A stretch of 62,101 nt of DNA, counting the filler, from Basidioascus undulatus (lineage: Eukaryota), in NCBI GenBank assembly GCA_000826855.1. It is 4 parts of 4 records of this genome, joined end to end, with 100 filler letters (N's around TTAATTAATTAA, not from the genome) between each part and the next. Parts side by side here need not be neighbours in the genome. Positions count along the whole stretch, not along the records: positions 41,061 to 51,533 come from JTLS01001120.1; positions 51,634 to 62,101 come from JTLS01001121.1; 2 more parts are not named here. One strand, given 5' to 3'. The notes under the pieces were generated by a model. It did not search any database and was not told where the DNA came from. It was given only the letters and a program-made list of their open reading frames with translations. The translations under genes were made by a program, and so were the position numbers. Every line of letters begins with the position of its first letter. Within the stretch, counting starts at the first letter, position 1. This document shows, piece after piece, positions 48,822-61,497 of this stretch.

Positions 48822-49696
48822 GATCGAGGAAGGTGGGTTGACCTTGACGCTTGAGAGGGTGAGGAACTGATGGTCCTGAGCCTGTGATGGATGGTGGTAA
48901 TGGTGGAAGGGAGAGTGGCGTGACGTGTTAGTGTGACGGGCACCGCCCATGTCAACGAAAATCGCAACCCGCCTTGCCAAACAACGTTCTGTTGTGCTTT
49001 AAGCGCCAACGATTGCAAAGTGGCAAGAGTTTTTTAAGTTGATCACAGGGGCCGCGCGTTGAGTGAGGACTGTTCATGCACTTCTGCGCCGATGCAATTC
49101 TTCTTTGCTCTGCCCTCTTTGACTGCCTGTTACCGCGTTGGTGAAATTGTGCCGCACACCCATAATCAAATCCTACCAAAAATTCCATGCTGTGTAGTTA
49201 AGTTTTTGATTGGGAGACCAAAGCCGCCTATAAGGTTCCATTATTCTCGCTGCAGCGAGCAGCGCTGCGAAGGGATGGTCGCAGGCAACACAAGCAGTCG
49301 CCCAACGACACAGGGAACTTGGCTGCATGCTGTGCGAGCGCCGAGACTGCCAATTTATCACGGTAGCGAAAGAGTCCCCTCGCGCTCAGCTCTGCCTCGC
49401 TAAGACGGACCATTTTGCTCCAAAGCATCATGTAAGTGCATTTAAACCTGAAAAATAAAAATAAAAAACAGTCATGTCGAGGCTGGGTCAGCGAGGCTTG
49501 AGGATTGAGGGCACGACGGCCTTGCCAGCTGGACGGCTGTAACCGGCAGTCGGGGGTTCTCGCACTCTCCAGCTAACTGTGTAAGGGCGCTCCGTCGTCG
49601 CTCTTAAAGAGTTTGCCTCTGGCTCTTACCGCATACCTCCATACGTCGATTCTGTCTCGCCTCCGCCCCCATACTCCACACTCTACAGTGACTAGC

Positions 49697-50356
49697 ATGC
49701 ATCTCTCCTGAACGCTCGTGCTCGCCCTGCACGCGCTCAACCTCTCCGTGCACGCGCTCGCGCTCAAAACACCAGCAGGAGGCCGCTGCCGGGCCGGACT
49801 CGCAAGGTGCTCCTTCGAGCTTCCCGTGCTGGTACTGTCAGCCCTGAAGCCTACTGATAGCAGCTCGACCTCCTCCAGTCGGCCAGCTGGGTGTGCGCGC
49901 TCCCGCTTCCAACTTGAGGCCGGCTGCCGGCCGGCCACCCGCCCCTCGACACAGCCCCCCGAGCGAAGCGCGGGCTTGCCTTGCGGCTCCAGTGGGCTGC
50001 ACCCAGCTCTGCGAGTAGACACCGCACAACCTCAGCGGCGTCCGCCGGCGTCTGCGTCCATACCCAACAAGTTGCGTCCAGAACTCGGGCTCGGATACGG
50101 GTGTTACATGAGGAACGCGCATCACACTCCCCAAACCCAGCTGGCAAAAGAAAGTCTGCACCTGCAGTCTAGCGTGTTCCTCACTGCCCACAGTCACACG
50201 CCCCCTCCCTTGTCAACAATTTTGTCATTATCCATCCCTCATTTAGCCGCCAGTGCATACATCTCTCTCGAACCGCCCTGGCTAGCGGCTTCCATGACCT
50301 TACCAGCATGGGATTCCATCAACTTGCATGTTTTGCATCACCACCTCCCGTACTGA
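49697..50356 (+). pseudogene. Possible secreted-protein pseudogene
   Basis: MHLS*TLVLALHALNLSVHALALKTP: a signal-peptide-like start interrupted by TGA at codon 5, in frame with ORF 49718-50356. Confidence 0.35.
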
Positions 50357-51533
50357 GTTGAGCTTGACTCGGGCCTCGGTGGGACTTCTTGCGTTAAGAC
50401 GTGGTTTGCACGGTGGCCGGTGGACGTGACGCGTTTGGTATGAATGGTGTGGTAAAACCAGACTATATACACGTTTCAGGAAGGCGAGAATATAATAGTG
50501 TGGGCCCTGGGAATTCTTCTTGGGTGGCGTAGACACGGAGCGGGTGCGGTGCGGTGCACATCACGGGGTTGTCTCGGGCAGAGTGCTGACACGCAGGCTG
50601 CTGGGTTTGTTGTTACCGTGCCATGTAGATTTGAGCCCAGTCTGGGATAGTCAATACCAAAACCGCAGTCGAATTCAAGAGTGTGGTTGCGTCCGTGATT
50701 TAAAGAAGGTAGGCTTTGATTTGGGACCACGAGCGCGCCGTCAAGACCTCCGCTCGTCTGAACGTTCTCATGCTGCGAATATTCGTCCTTTGAATAGCCT
50801 CGCGAAAGGGCGACATACCCATCTGTAACGCTGCGGACCAGTATTATGCAAAGCGTTCCACGTGCATTCTCGCAAGCCGCTGTCGAGAGTGCTGGTCAAT
50901 GTTAGCGGCAGCTCCGCGGAGCGCGCCGATCCTTGAGGAAGGGCGACCTCCGGGAGTAGGGGGGAATGGAGAAGAGGTAGGAATGATGATGAGGGAAGAG
51001 GGGGTGAGTGGCAAGCGAGCGAAGAAAGAGGCGAGTGCGGTTGCGGATGCGGGTGAGGCTCGGGAATGGCACATGGACGTTCCCGTCGCGTCTTCCTAGA
51101 GGGCTCATTTACCAATTTATGAGGGGGTATTAGGTGGTATATATCCCGTGAATGATTGAAGTCCGTCCCAAGGCCCTGTGAGGGGGAGTGAGCGCACTGC
51201 GAGAGAAGATGCCGCGCTGCGGAACCAGCGAGTCCATCCGTGCAGGAACAACAAACATCAATCGCCAACCAACGAGTGCCTTTCACGTGGCCGATTAACG
51301 TTAAATATGTAGTATCGATCAGAAACTCGATCATGCCGTGAACTCCGCGCTGTCTGCCTTACGTTTTGCATGGGCAGTGAGGAAGGAAGCTCCCAGCTGC
51401 TTTGTACCATGATCGTGCCAGATTGAATCTCCGCACCAGCTTTAATCCTATTTCAAGCAAATGCATGCTCTCATTTTCTCAGACCAAGATCGGGAACGGG
51501 TTCAAGGAGAGGAGAGGAGGGAAAGCAACGCAG

Positions 51534-51633
51534 NNNNNNNNNNNNNNNNNNNNNNNNNNNNNNNNNNNNNNNNNNNNTTAATTAATTAANNNNNNNNNNN
51601 NNNNNNNNNNNNNNNNNNNNNNNNNNNNNNNNN
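51534..51633. other. Artificial contig-join spacer
   Basis: N44-TTAATTAATTAA-N44. Confidence 0.98.
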
Positions 51634-52125
51634 GCGGCGGGCAGCACTTTGCGCAGCAGCATGGCTGGGGCGGGTCGTCGGCTGATGCTTGTGCGTTCGC
51701 GATTTGTCTCATCGCCCACCGCCCATTCCGTCTCCTTCCCATTTCCCTCACTGACGTGCCCCGATTACTGCAGACGACTACAACAACTACGGGGCATACA
51801 CGGACCCGTCTTCGCACGGGCACTCCGGCCCGCTCCCATCGCTCGCACCTTCGAGCCCGGCGGACCCTTCCTCGTCGCAGCATGACCACGACGCGCCCGC
51901 CGTACCTGTCGACCAGCGCCTCGACCCGGGCGCTGTCCTCGAGGGGTACTACAACCGCGCGGGGCGCAATGGCAGCGTGCCGAGCTTGGCGAGCCGCAGC
52001 AGCCTGCGAGATGAGGCGGACTACTCGCGGAGGCTCGGGCTGAGGGTGAGTCTGCACATCTCCAAAAGAGGCATGGAGCTGATCACGATCGATCGCCGGT
52101 ACAGGTGCGCAACTCCGACGAATAG
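51634..52125 (+). CDS. 3' end of a WSC/Mid2-like single-pass cell-wall sensor
   Basis: Cytoplasmic tail DQRLDP...SRSSLRDEADYSRRLGLR/VRNSDE*, resembling the WSC-type C-terminal DxxDYSRxxLxVxN motif; two introns. Confidence 0.6.
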
Positions 52126-52808
52126 TCCATCGATCGCATCGCCACCGGGCCGCTCGCTAACTCGCGCCGCTTGACACTTTGTATATGCCCTTTACCGGCC
52201 GTCTGATATGTTCATCGTCCCATATCATTACATACCTTATTACCCCTGCCCTCTCAATCTACCCTCGCCGCTCAGTGCGATGCACGTTGTACTACCTCCT
52301 CGTCCCACACTCGTCTCACCCTATTCGACACCCCGCCGCATTGCGCTTTCCCAGCTCTCATTTCAAGGGACTCGGGCCATTTTTCTTCTTCTAATTCTTT
52401 GCTTTACTTTCCAGCAATGCGGACGCGTTGCACGCCTTTCTTTTCTTTCTCCACTTCCGTTGACTGGCCGGACTTCTTTTTCCTTTTCAGGTACATACTT
52501 ACATCGATTAGCTTACATTCTATTACACCCTCTTGTTCTTGTTCCTTCTTAACATTTCTCCTTCTCTTCCACTTGTTGCCTGCCCTTCCGGACGGACTAC
52601 CTGTATCGCACGTTAGTCAGGTCCACACATGTTGCCAACGCTTTATCACACACGCTGTCCCTGTTGCAAATGCTGGCCTGTTTGCATGGGTGTCAAAGTT
52701 GTATGCGCTGTGCAGCGTGAAGCATGGAAGGATGTGGCAGTGGAGGACTGCATGCTCAGCAAACACTTGGTTACAAGCGTTGATTTGCCTGCTGGATGTA
52801 GATGGACA

Positions 52809-54318
52809 TCACCTGGCTACAGTCTTCTTGAGCAACAAACGACCATGTTCGAGTACCCCAGCTCTATTGGCGGCAAGACAGCGTACATCGATTTTCGAAT
52901 CTCCAGTGTCAGGTCTATGTGCAAAGTCTAGTATAACAGCGTCCCAACCTTCCTCGCCTGCCTCAACATGTTTTTCATCAAGTTGGGGTATTGCCACAAT
53001 CGCATTCGCTGGGATCGTCGTCAAGCTCGCCTGCTGCTCCCTTCCCGGTGCCCCGGTCCTGTTGCGTTCTTCGCAACGTTCCAAGCCTTGTCAGAGATGA
53101 GCGAAGACGATGCGAATGCAGTAGAGAGGAGGTGCACCGGCTTCATGTTCACGTCAAACAGTGCCAACTCCACCCTTCCCTTGTCGTACCGCCGCGCGTC
53201 GACACGGATGGGCGGAAAGCTTTTGCACGCCTGCGCGACCACCGGTGTGCAGCGATCTGGTAGTGCTTGTCGGCGCGAACTCGGAGGCGGTGACGGCGTG
53301 AGAATTGGCTGTCACAGCAACCTATATTACGGAGGCATGTCTTTCAGTTAGTTAATATGTACGAGCAGGCAAGAACAAGAGGCGTGACAGTCAAAGGGAA
53401 GGCAGAAGGGACGGTACGCACAACACCGTTGTAGGGCGCGATACCGTCGATATGGTTGTAAGCGCGTTACAAGAGGGATGAGACCAGTGCGTCGATTTGT
53501 GCCCGACAGTTTGATCTGGAGGAAGGTCGTAAGCCACCGGCGCGCATGGTACAGCGCAGGGCGCCGAGAACAAGATAGAGGGATTAACGCACGTCGTACT
53601 CGCCGGGCGGCACAACCGTGGCCGTGATCTCCTCCCTCGCAAAACCGCTCAGTCAAGATCTTGTCTCCCTCCTCCCATAGTTCCTTCGCGCGCGCCTCGA
53701 GCTCCTCCCTCGTTTTGACGACTACCACGCCGTGGGACCCTCGTCCTCTGACGGGCTTCACCACAGCCGGCAGCTCGACGCGCTCCAACCCCTCGGCCTC
53801 GTCCCTGTACGAGCCAGGCAGGCGAGAACGCGCCCTCGAGCGCAGTCGTTGACCCACGCCTTGTCCTCGAACTTCTCTAAGTCCCGCGGGTCCTGCCCGA
53901 CGAAGCGCACCTCCTTGAGACGCTCGGCTAGTTGCACAGCGTGTGCGTAGAGTGCAGCGTCGGGTTTGCCCAGAGGACGTTGGCACTGTGCTCCTCTACA
54001 GCGGCAAAGACGCTGGCGGTCGTGTCGGGGAACGACCAGTCGGCCTCGATGGTGGGCGAGGGGTCGCGCGAGGGCGTGACAACCTGGATGTTAAATTGAC
54101 GGAGAGCGTAGGCAATGTCCACCTTGCTGTCCTTATAGCTTGTTTGAGAGGGATCGCGCATAAGACCTCTGATCGAACTGGGAAATGAAGTGATGGATGG
54201 GCTTGAACAAGCGAAGACTTGCCCCCTGCTTTCGGCGGCTTCGAAACACCCCGATCGCAGGCGTAGGTCCGCCTTGATGGAGGACAGCGACGCGAAACGT
54301 CGAAAGAGTGTCAGACAT
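52809..54318 (-). pseudogene. Fungal ATP-grasp (D-Ala-D-Ala-ligase-like) gene, frameshifted
   Basis: RVAVLHQ...YKDSKVDIAYAL...WSFPDT...LWAN; VGQDP...FEDK; LPAVVKPVRGRGSHGV; APIRVDAR; LFDVNMKP/NATGPG. Frameshifts occur at about 53941 and elsewhere. Confidence 0.75.
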
Positions 54319-54888
54319 GACGAGGGTCAGTGAGCGAGTGCGTGGTGAAGAACGAGCAGTGAAGATCGCAGTGGATCGAGAGTGGAGATGGTGGTAAAAT
54401 AGGGAAAAGCGGCGTGCACCGCCACGACTGAAAGGCCCGACTTGGAGTGGACTGTTCGGCTCAGCAGAGTGTTGGTCCGACAGAAACGATGGCTGCAACG
54501 TTGCCGCACTTGGTCGGCACGAGTTTTCTAACCAATATTCATTCCTGTAATAAGAGCGAGATAGCAAATTGGTGATGACGGGACGAAGTAGGCGTTCGTT
54601 CGTGTCCGCTTGGTGCACTCTGTGGGGTCGCCAAGCTGTGCAGCACGCCTTACCCGATTCTGAATGCATGCCAAAGCAGGAGACACCCCTCATGTGGAAG
54701 CTATATCAAGTGCAGCCATGATACAGCACAACGGAGGTACTCTGTGGGAAAGTGGGAAAGATGCGATGTCGGGACACGACACAATGCATTAGGGCCCTCT
54801 TGGTCCAGACCAGGGCCAATTGTACCTCCCGCGATACAAAAGGTCGCAAGCCGAATAGTTCAGAGAAAATCAAGCGTTCATGGCCACT

Positions 54889-55832
54889 CTACTCGTCCTT
54901 CTTTACCCTGCCATCCCAGGTGTCGCCGACACCGTCCCTCAACCTCAATCCCATGTCCTTCCGTAGTCTTTCCTCCTCCCTCCTCCAGCCCGCCAGATCG
55001 CTTCCTCCACTCGGCCAGACCATCTCGAGCGACCTCGCTTCCTCTGTCCGCTCGTCGCACGTCTCCCTCGCGCGCGCCCAGCTAAACTCGGGCGAGTCGA
55101 CCTGCACGTCGCGCAGGCTTGGGAATGCCTCGTGCGAGAGCGATGCGAGGAAGGGTGCGACCGGGGGGAAGGGCTGAGTTGTATCGAGTGCAAGGAAAAT
55201 GGTACGGAGCTTGCAGTGCCAAGGCGGCTCCATGTGCACGAAACGCGGGTTGTGGATCTCGAGGTGGAGGAGGGAGGGACAGGACGACAAGATGGCGGGT
55301 AGGTCCAGCTCGCACCAGGTCATTGGACCGAATCGGAGTGTGCGGAGGTTCGCTCCCAAACGGGAGAGAGAGGAAAGGAGCGCGGCAGGATGGCGTGTAA
55401 CGGTCGGAGCGATGTGTAGCGTCGTGAGCTGCGGCAGATCTGCCGGAAGGAGGGAGAGGAGGGAGAAGAGATGTATTTGAAGGGAGAGAGTGCGGAGGTG
55501 GCGTGTTGAGTGCGGCGAAGTGAAGAAGGCAGATATTGATGGGTAGGATGTGAGGTATGCGGTGCGATACAGGACGGGATAGCAGGCGTCCTACCGAGGC
55601 GTCCGTTGTCAGGCTACTTCGGTAGATTGATAAGGGGATCGGTACGCACACGCAAGACTCGGCAAACCTGTGACAAGCGGGCGCCATCGCGCGCTCCCGT
55701 CCAACCTCCTACCGGAGAGATCCCCCCGATCGACGAAAGCTGAGCCTCCGAAGGTAGGATGAGATGCGAGGCGATGAGAGACCAGAGGTCGTAGGGCAGC
55801 CCAGCGGGCGAAGACGATTCAGAAGCTAGCAT
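54889..55832 (-). CDS. F-box / LRR-like protein, intact, one 59-nt intron (55649-55591)
   Basis: LPYDLWSLIASHL...LSQVCRVLR/DACYPVLYR followed by LRTLxL repeats; frame open to the stop at 54889. Confidence 0.75.
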
Positions 55833-56606
55833 TGGTCAAGGGTTCGAAAAGAAGGGATCAAGGACTATCTAGCGCTCATGTGTGAGGTGATGCCGCAGGT
55901 GCGAGACGATGGTGTGGTGAAGGTCAGAAGAGAATACGCAACCCTGTCGCAACGCCTCGTGCCTTCGCGCCATCCTCGGTTGTACTGCGGACGGGACGGT
56001 CTGAACATTGCTGCGTCTGACTGCTTTCAACAATCCCTCATGGGACTCAACTGTACAGCAGCCTCAAGTGCAGGGTCACAAGCAAATGGACGATGCACTG
56101 AGTCGTGAACAGTCGGAGACCTCAGATTGCATCGTCAGGTGCTACCATCGATCTTACCCGGGGGCATCGCATAACCGCGCGCCAGAATGCAGGTCCGCAG
56201 CGATGCATAAGCGCAGCGCGAGCCACGTCTACAGGTGTAGTAAACGAGCGAAGGTGGGTGGGGTAGGTTGAGGAGACAGCGGGACGAGTCGAGGTGTGTC
56301 CGTCCGACCAGGGCAAGCCCGCGCCGGGCGACCCCGCCTTGTCCCCCGACCCCGTCTAGTAGTGTGTGTGGAGCAACGCAAAAGTCGGGCAAAGGAGAGT
56401 GAAAAACAAAGGCGAATGCGAAGGAATGCGAGGGCGGAAACACAGGAGAGAGGGTAGTGGGTGCCGTAAAAGTGTTCGTGTTCGTAAAAAGTGTACTCCT
56501 CCCTCCATCCGCTCCGTCCAGCCATCCGAAACCCTGGTATCATGATGCTCATCCTCGTCGATCTGCGGGCCCCTTCTCCCTTCTCTTCTATGCACCTCAT
56601 TAAAGA

Positions 56607-58797
56607 TCATCGCCAGCTGCCCCAAACCTTCCACAGCTTGTTCACGGACGCGCGCCCGAGCTCGGGGTTCTCCTCGTCCCAGACGACGTCGAGCGTCCGC
56701 CCGCCGACCTCTTCGAAGTGCATGACCATGCGCGTCGGGGACTGCACGTCGATGGACGAGATGAAGTACTCGAAGCGCTTGCGCGGCTCGGGGCGGACGG
56801 GGTAGCGGTCGATCAGCTCGATGCCGGGCCATCTGCGGGAGAGGAGGAAGTGTGAGTCGAATGCAGCAAGAAACTGAAAACACTGTGGCAGGGAGGCGTA
56901 CCCAAGGGTGTACTCTAGAATGACGTAACGGAAGATTACATCAGTCTTTGGCTGTACGAGGCAAAGCGACTGCTGACACAAAGGGAGGAACGCACCGATC
57001 TTCGTCAGGTCCTCGTTCGTCAACGGCTTCTCGTAAACAATCAAGCTGTGTCCCAAGCAGAGGAGCGTGCGGCCACCGTCGAACACGAAGCGGCGGAAGA
57101 GGTTGTCGCCGCCGAGGAACTGGGCGGCCTTCATGATCGTGCGGAAGGAAGTCCAGTCCTCGGACATGCGGACCGGCATGTGCTACAAAGTCGCAGAGTA
57201 CGTCAGAGTCAGGAGGGGGGGCGTTAGGAGAATGAATGCAAGGCTTGCCTTGGGGATCAGGTCAGTCCAGCCAGCGATCATGTGGTGCAGGGAGATGAAG
57301 GGGAGGCCAGACTGGAGGACGAGGTCAGTCAGCACGGACGTCGGAGAAGCAGCCAGGGTCGATAGAAAGCGAACCTGGAGGAATCCAGCACCTGCATGCA
57401 GCACACGATAGGTGTTGGTCAGCAAAGATGGGCCGGCGTTGGAGAGAATGCAGGAGATCATAACGCACCAGACCCGTGCAGATCGAACTGGTGGATGCCC
57501 GCCTCCTCAATGAGAACCTCCTCCCACGGCTTGTCGAGCGCGCGCGCCGCGCAGTGGGTGAGCATGGCTGTTATAACCCCGCGGCCATTCCGTCAGTCTC
57601 GCAATTAAGTGCCTTCCTGTCGGAATGCCGCGCGAAGCGACAAGAACGCACTATCTCCGCCGAAGAGCTCGCTGAAGTCGCGCGCGCACTCGTCGAAGCG
57701 CTCGGCCATCTTCTGGAACATGGGCGGGGTGAGGAAGATACCGCCGCCGCCGAAGACTGTGGGCACGAGGAAACGGGGTGTGAGCTGCCGTTGAGGCTGT
57801 GGGGTTTGTAGCGGGGCTGTGTGTACCTTGACGGCCGAAGATGTCTGAAGAAAGAGACAGGGGTCAGTCACGGAGTGGGGAACGAAAGCCCGAAGGGCGA
57901 AGAACGCACTTCTCTGCTCGAGGCCCTCGGAAACGGAGCCGACTGCGTGTACGGTGCTGGTAAGCCCACAGCGTCAAGCTAGCATAGAAAAAGCAGGAAC
58001 GCACCAAACAGCGATTCGGAGGTGTCGTACTTTGCGAGCATGCGCTGCAAGGTCTTGAAGTCGACGAAGAAAGTGTCGCTGCGCCGCCGGATACCCGTCT
58101 CAGCCCCGCTCGCGCCAACTGCAGAATCAAAAGAGAGCACTCACTCGTCGGCAATGACAAGCCATTCAACCCCGCCAAACTCGTCCGCATACCGGGCCCC
58201 CTCGCGGGGCATGGCCATCATACGGACCTCGTACTTGTCCACATCCGACACGCGCACGGTGCAGCGCAGGCCACGCTCGACGGTGAGGAGGTGCTCGACC
58301 TCGTCGCGGAGGTGCGCCTCGCCCGGCGCGAGCATGAGGAGGCACCTGCTGCCGTAGTGCATGAAGTGGGGCCAGAGGGTCGAGTACTCGCGCGCGCGCT
58401 TGGCGGTCGTCGTGAGCGCGAAGAGGACGCTCTCGGGCTTGGGCGCATGGGGCGGGACAACGACGTTGCGAGGGAAGACGGGGACGACCTGCTCGGGGAT
58501 CGTGTTGTTGGCGAAGGGGCGGATGAGGCCGCCTTGAGAGAGGAGGGGCGTGTCGAAGCGAGGGACGGGGGCGTCCAGGGTCGTCTCGCGCTCCCAGCGG
58601 ATGTAGGTGGGGTGTATCACGCCGTGCTGTTGGCGGAACAGGCGCGGGAAGAGGTGTTCTCGCGGGTACGGGTAGATGAGGGTCATGAGGAGAACGCAGA
58701 AGAGGATGATGCCAAGCAGGATGCGGCGCGCGCGCGGGGCCGGCCCTCGCACGGCCGGGAGGGCGTTGTTGTGCAGCGGGAGCGCGATGCGGCCCAT
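56607..58797 (-). CDS. Glycosyltransferase family 31 (Fringe-like/DUF604), type II membrane protein, about 10 introns
   Basis: N-terminal TM segment ILLGIILFCVLLMTLIY, WLVIADDDTFF (DxD), FGGGGIFL, FGGD, HQFDLHG and FISLHH. Confidence 0.9.
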
Positions 58798-61497
58798 TGG
58801 TCGAATGCAGCGCTGGCACAGGCGTTGGGGAAGGAGGAGAGCCCGAATCGTAAGGTGGCGGGGAGGAGGAGAGGAGACGGCGCGAGAGAGGAACCCAGGG
58901 CAAGGGGAAGGGCAGAGGGGCACGGGGAAGAGAAGACAAGGGGGGAGAGGACCGGCAGGGGTGAAAGTGACGGCGGTATCTATGTCCGGTCGGGTTATCT
59001 GTGTTGGGGCGGTGCTCTACGAGAGCTATATAGTGTACAGCGGCGGCAGGGGCGGTGGCGGCGTCGGGTAGCGAGTGTGGCAGATGGTGATGGGGAAAGG
59101 GAAGGCCGGGCAACGTCGAGGGGTTCACAATGCTGCTGGGTATCGCTGCGGATAGTGTGTGGGTATATAAAACAAGCCCCCCCGAACTCCGTAGAGCGTT
59201 GCTGCGCCCCGCCTGCGCCGTCGTTTGTGAAGCGCGCGCGCAGCAGGTTGGCGTGCGGCTCGACGTCAAGAGCGCTGATGGCGGTGTCGAGGCTCGAAAC
59301 CCGGACGGACAACGCGGGGGCACGCAACCCGAAGCGACGGCTGACACTTGAGACAGTGCTCAGCTTGTTATTTTATCCGCTCCGCAGCACCTCCTCATCG
59401 CGTGGTGAATTGAAAGTTTTAGTACACTTTGGCGCCTTGGAGTTCGCCGCTCCAAGCCGCTCGCCTCTCGAATTGTTGTTGCAACTTCGATAGCCAGGAT
59501 GTTGTGCTCGTCCGCAGTCAAGGGTGTCCTGCTATCATAAAGACCATCAAAATGGCTGGTAGACGGTCAACGCAGTGCCAGAATCGTCCCTCACTTTGTG
59601 CTTCTAGAGTACAATTAATTTTCAGAAAGTAGGTAGAACTGTATTCCCTCTGCAGTTGTTGCTTATCATTGCGTGAACAAGAGATTGTAGATTGCTCTAG
59701 AAAGAACCCCGCAACATACAGTTCACCCTTTTCACCCTCTTCCCCTTGCGCAATACGGCAGCAGCAGTGCCGCAGTCCCCACCGCCGAAGACAACAAAAG
59801 TAAGCAAACGAGCATGGGGAAATCTCCATAGGTAAATTTCCATATCTACGTTGGCGTGCATACAGCTTCGCCCCAGCTGCATGAAACCGTAGGACGAAGT
59901 GTTACAGGTGGACCTCCTCGGTCCCTCTCTTCTTACACGCTTCAACACTGAAGCGGAACGCATCATATACACAAGCCAAATGTCCCTCTTCAACCTCCGC
60001 GAAACCTGCAATGTCCTGCGACGCATCGTGCCGTGATATGCGGTGATCGCGATGTTGCAGTGCTTTGTAGTCCGCCTTGCAGCGATGAGCGCCGCCGCCG
60101 CCGCCGCGCAGCGCAAGCGGCGTCCCCGTTCCACATATCAGCTCTTGCAGCGTGTCATTTTCCTAAAATGAGACTTCGTCATTAAAAGAACCAGTGATTC
60201 TCAAAAACGCATAGGTTTCCGATGTACTTTGAGACGGGGTCACGACTCTGAAGTGCTAGTGCGAGCCTCATCGGGGCAGCAAATGAACACCAGAATTGAG
60301 TGGTCTGCATCTTTATTGTGTTTGCTGAAATCCAGTCGCAAGAAGTGGGGTGCATGCTCGTAAGCAGGTTGCGGATGCACAGCACTGCTCTCCACGACGC
60401 GCAGTGCCCTTGGGCGTTGCAGCATTCCCTCCTTCTCCCATTCGGAGATCTTGGAGAATGAGATTCAAATGCATGCTCTGCGGATCCATAAAGCACTCAG
60501 GTATTTCCAGAAAATACAACGAGAAATGGCGCGAACGCACAAAGTGCATCGGAGAGCGGTTGAAAGGTGGCACAGTCGTCAGAAGCAGTGAACTGCTTCT
60601 GCTTCGGTGGGTCAACGGAGAAATTGGATTAAAGTCTTGTCTTCAACCCAATTATCAAAGCTGAGTTCAGCTGTTGATCAGTGTCAGACGCTACAACGGT
60701 CTTTCGGTGATCGCATGAGCTTCATGCCGCAGCGTCGGGTTTGCCAGGAAGGCATCACACGCCGGCGTCCTTGATTCCCGGTGATCGTAAGACAGACGAA
60801 GTCCGTTAGAGAAACAAGCATTTAGAGGATCCCAGATACTGTTTAGACACAATCAACAAATACGAGAGCAGGCCATGCAGACCGTCATAGCTTCGGGGGT
60901 TCCGCTCCTGATGACCTCCAGTCACCACTTTACACGAGTGGGGTGAAGGATAAAAATTCATAAAAAGTACACAAGGTCTGATTCCCCAAGCGTCGGGATG
61001 AACCGCCGGCTGTCTTATTGACACTTCTGCTTCTGAATGACGGCAGCTTGCGGCGCGGAGCGTGCAATTGCTCGCAGCCCAGGTTCCCTTGGTGGATTGA
61101 GAGATGATAGGCCACAGCTTTGTTCCAAGTTTATGAGGCAATTTATTTGGACGACGGTTATCAGAAACCTTCTACGAGTTGAGGCAGCACCCGGCCTAAT
61201 CAACGCTTTCGTGCGCTGCGTACAGTTGCAACCTGCGCTTCAGGTACCTCTCATACCATACCTCTGAAGGGAATGGGAAATATTAGTCAATTTTGCGGGC
61301 CAATCCATACTTGGCCAAGTGCAGGCATGCCAGACCGCGCAATGCGTAGGTGAGCGCGCAGTTCGACAGTGATCTGAACGCCTGGACTGCGTGGCCCGCT
61401 GTCCTACAAAAAGGTTAATAATGTTAATGCAGAATTATTGTAAGTGGCAAAGCCAGCATTTCCAGTGTATGTGGAAAAATTCGACATAGTGTCTTGA

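Noticed and set aside
49450..49600. A-rich tract as a minus-strand Pol III terminator or SINE tail
   Set aside because: No A/B boxes, cloverleaf or target-site duplication found.
50340..51100. Spliced-looking minus-strand fragments
   Set aside because: Stops in all frames and no identifiable family; too degraded to call.
58166..59493. 393-aa and 400-aa ORFs overlapping GT31 exon 1
   Set aside because: Shadow frames of a GC-rich exon and its UTR.
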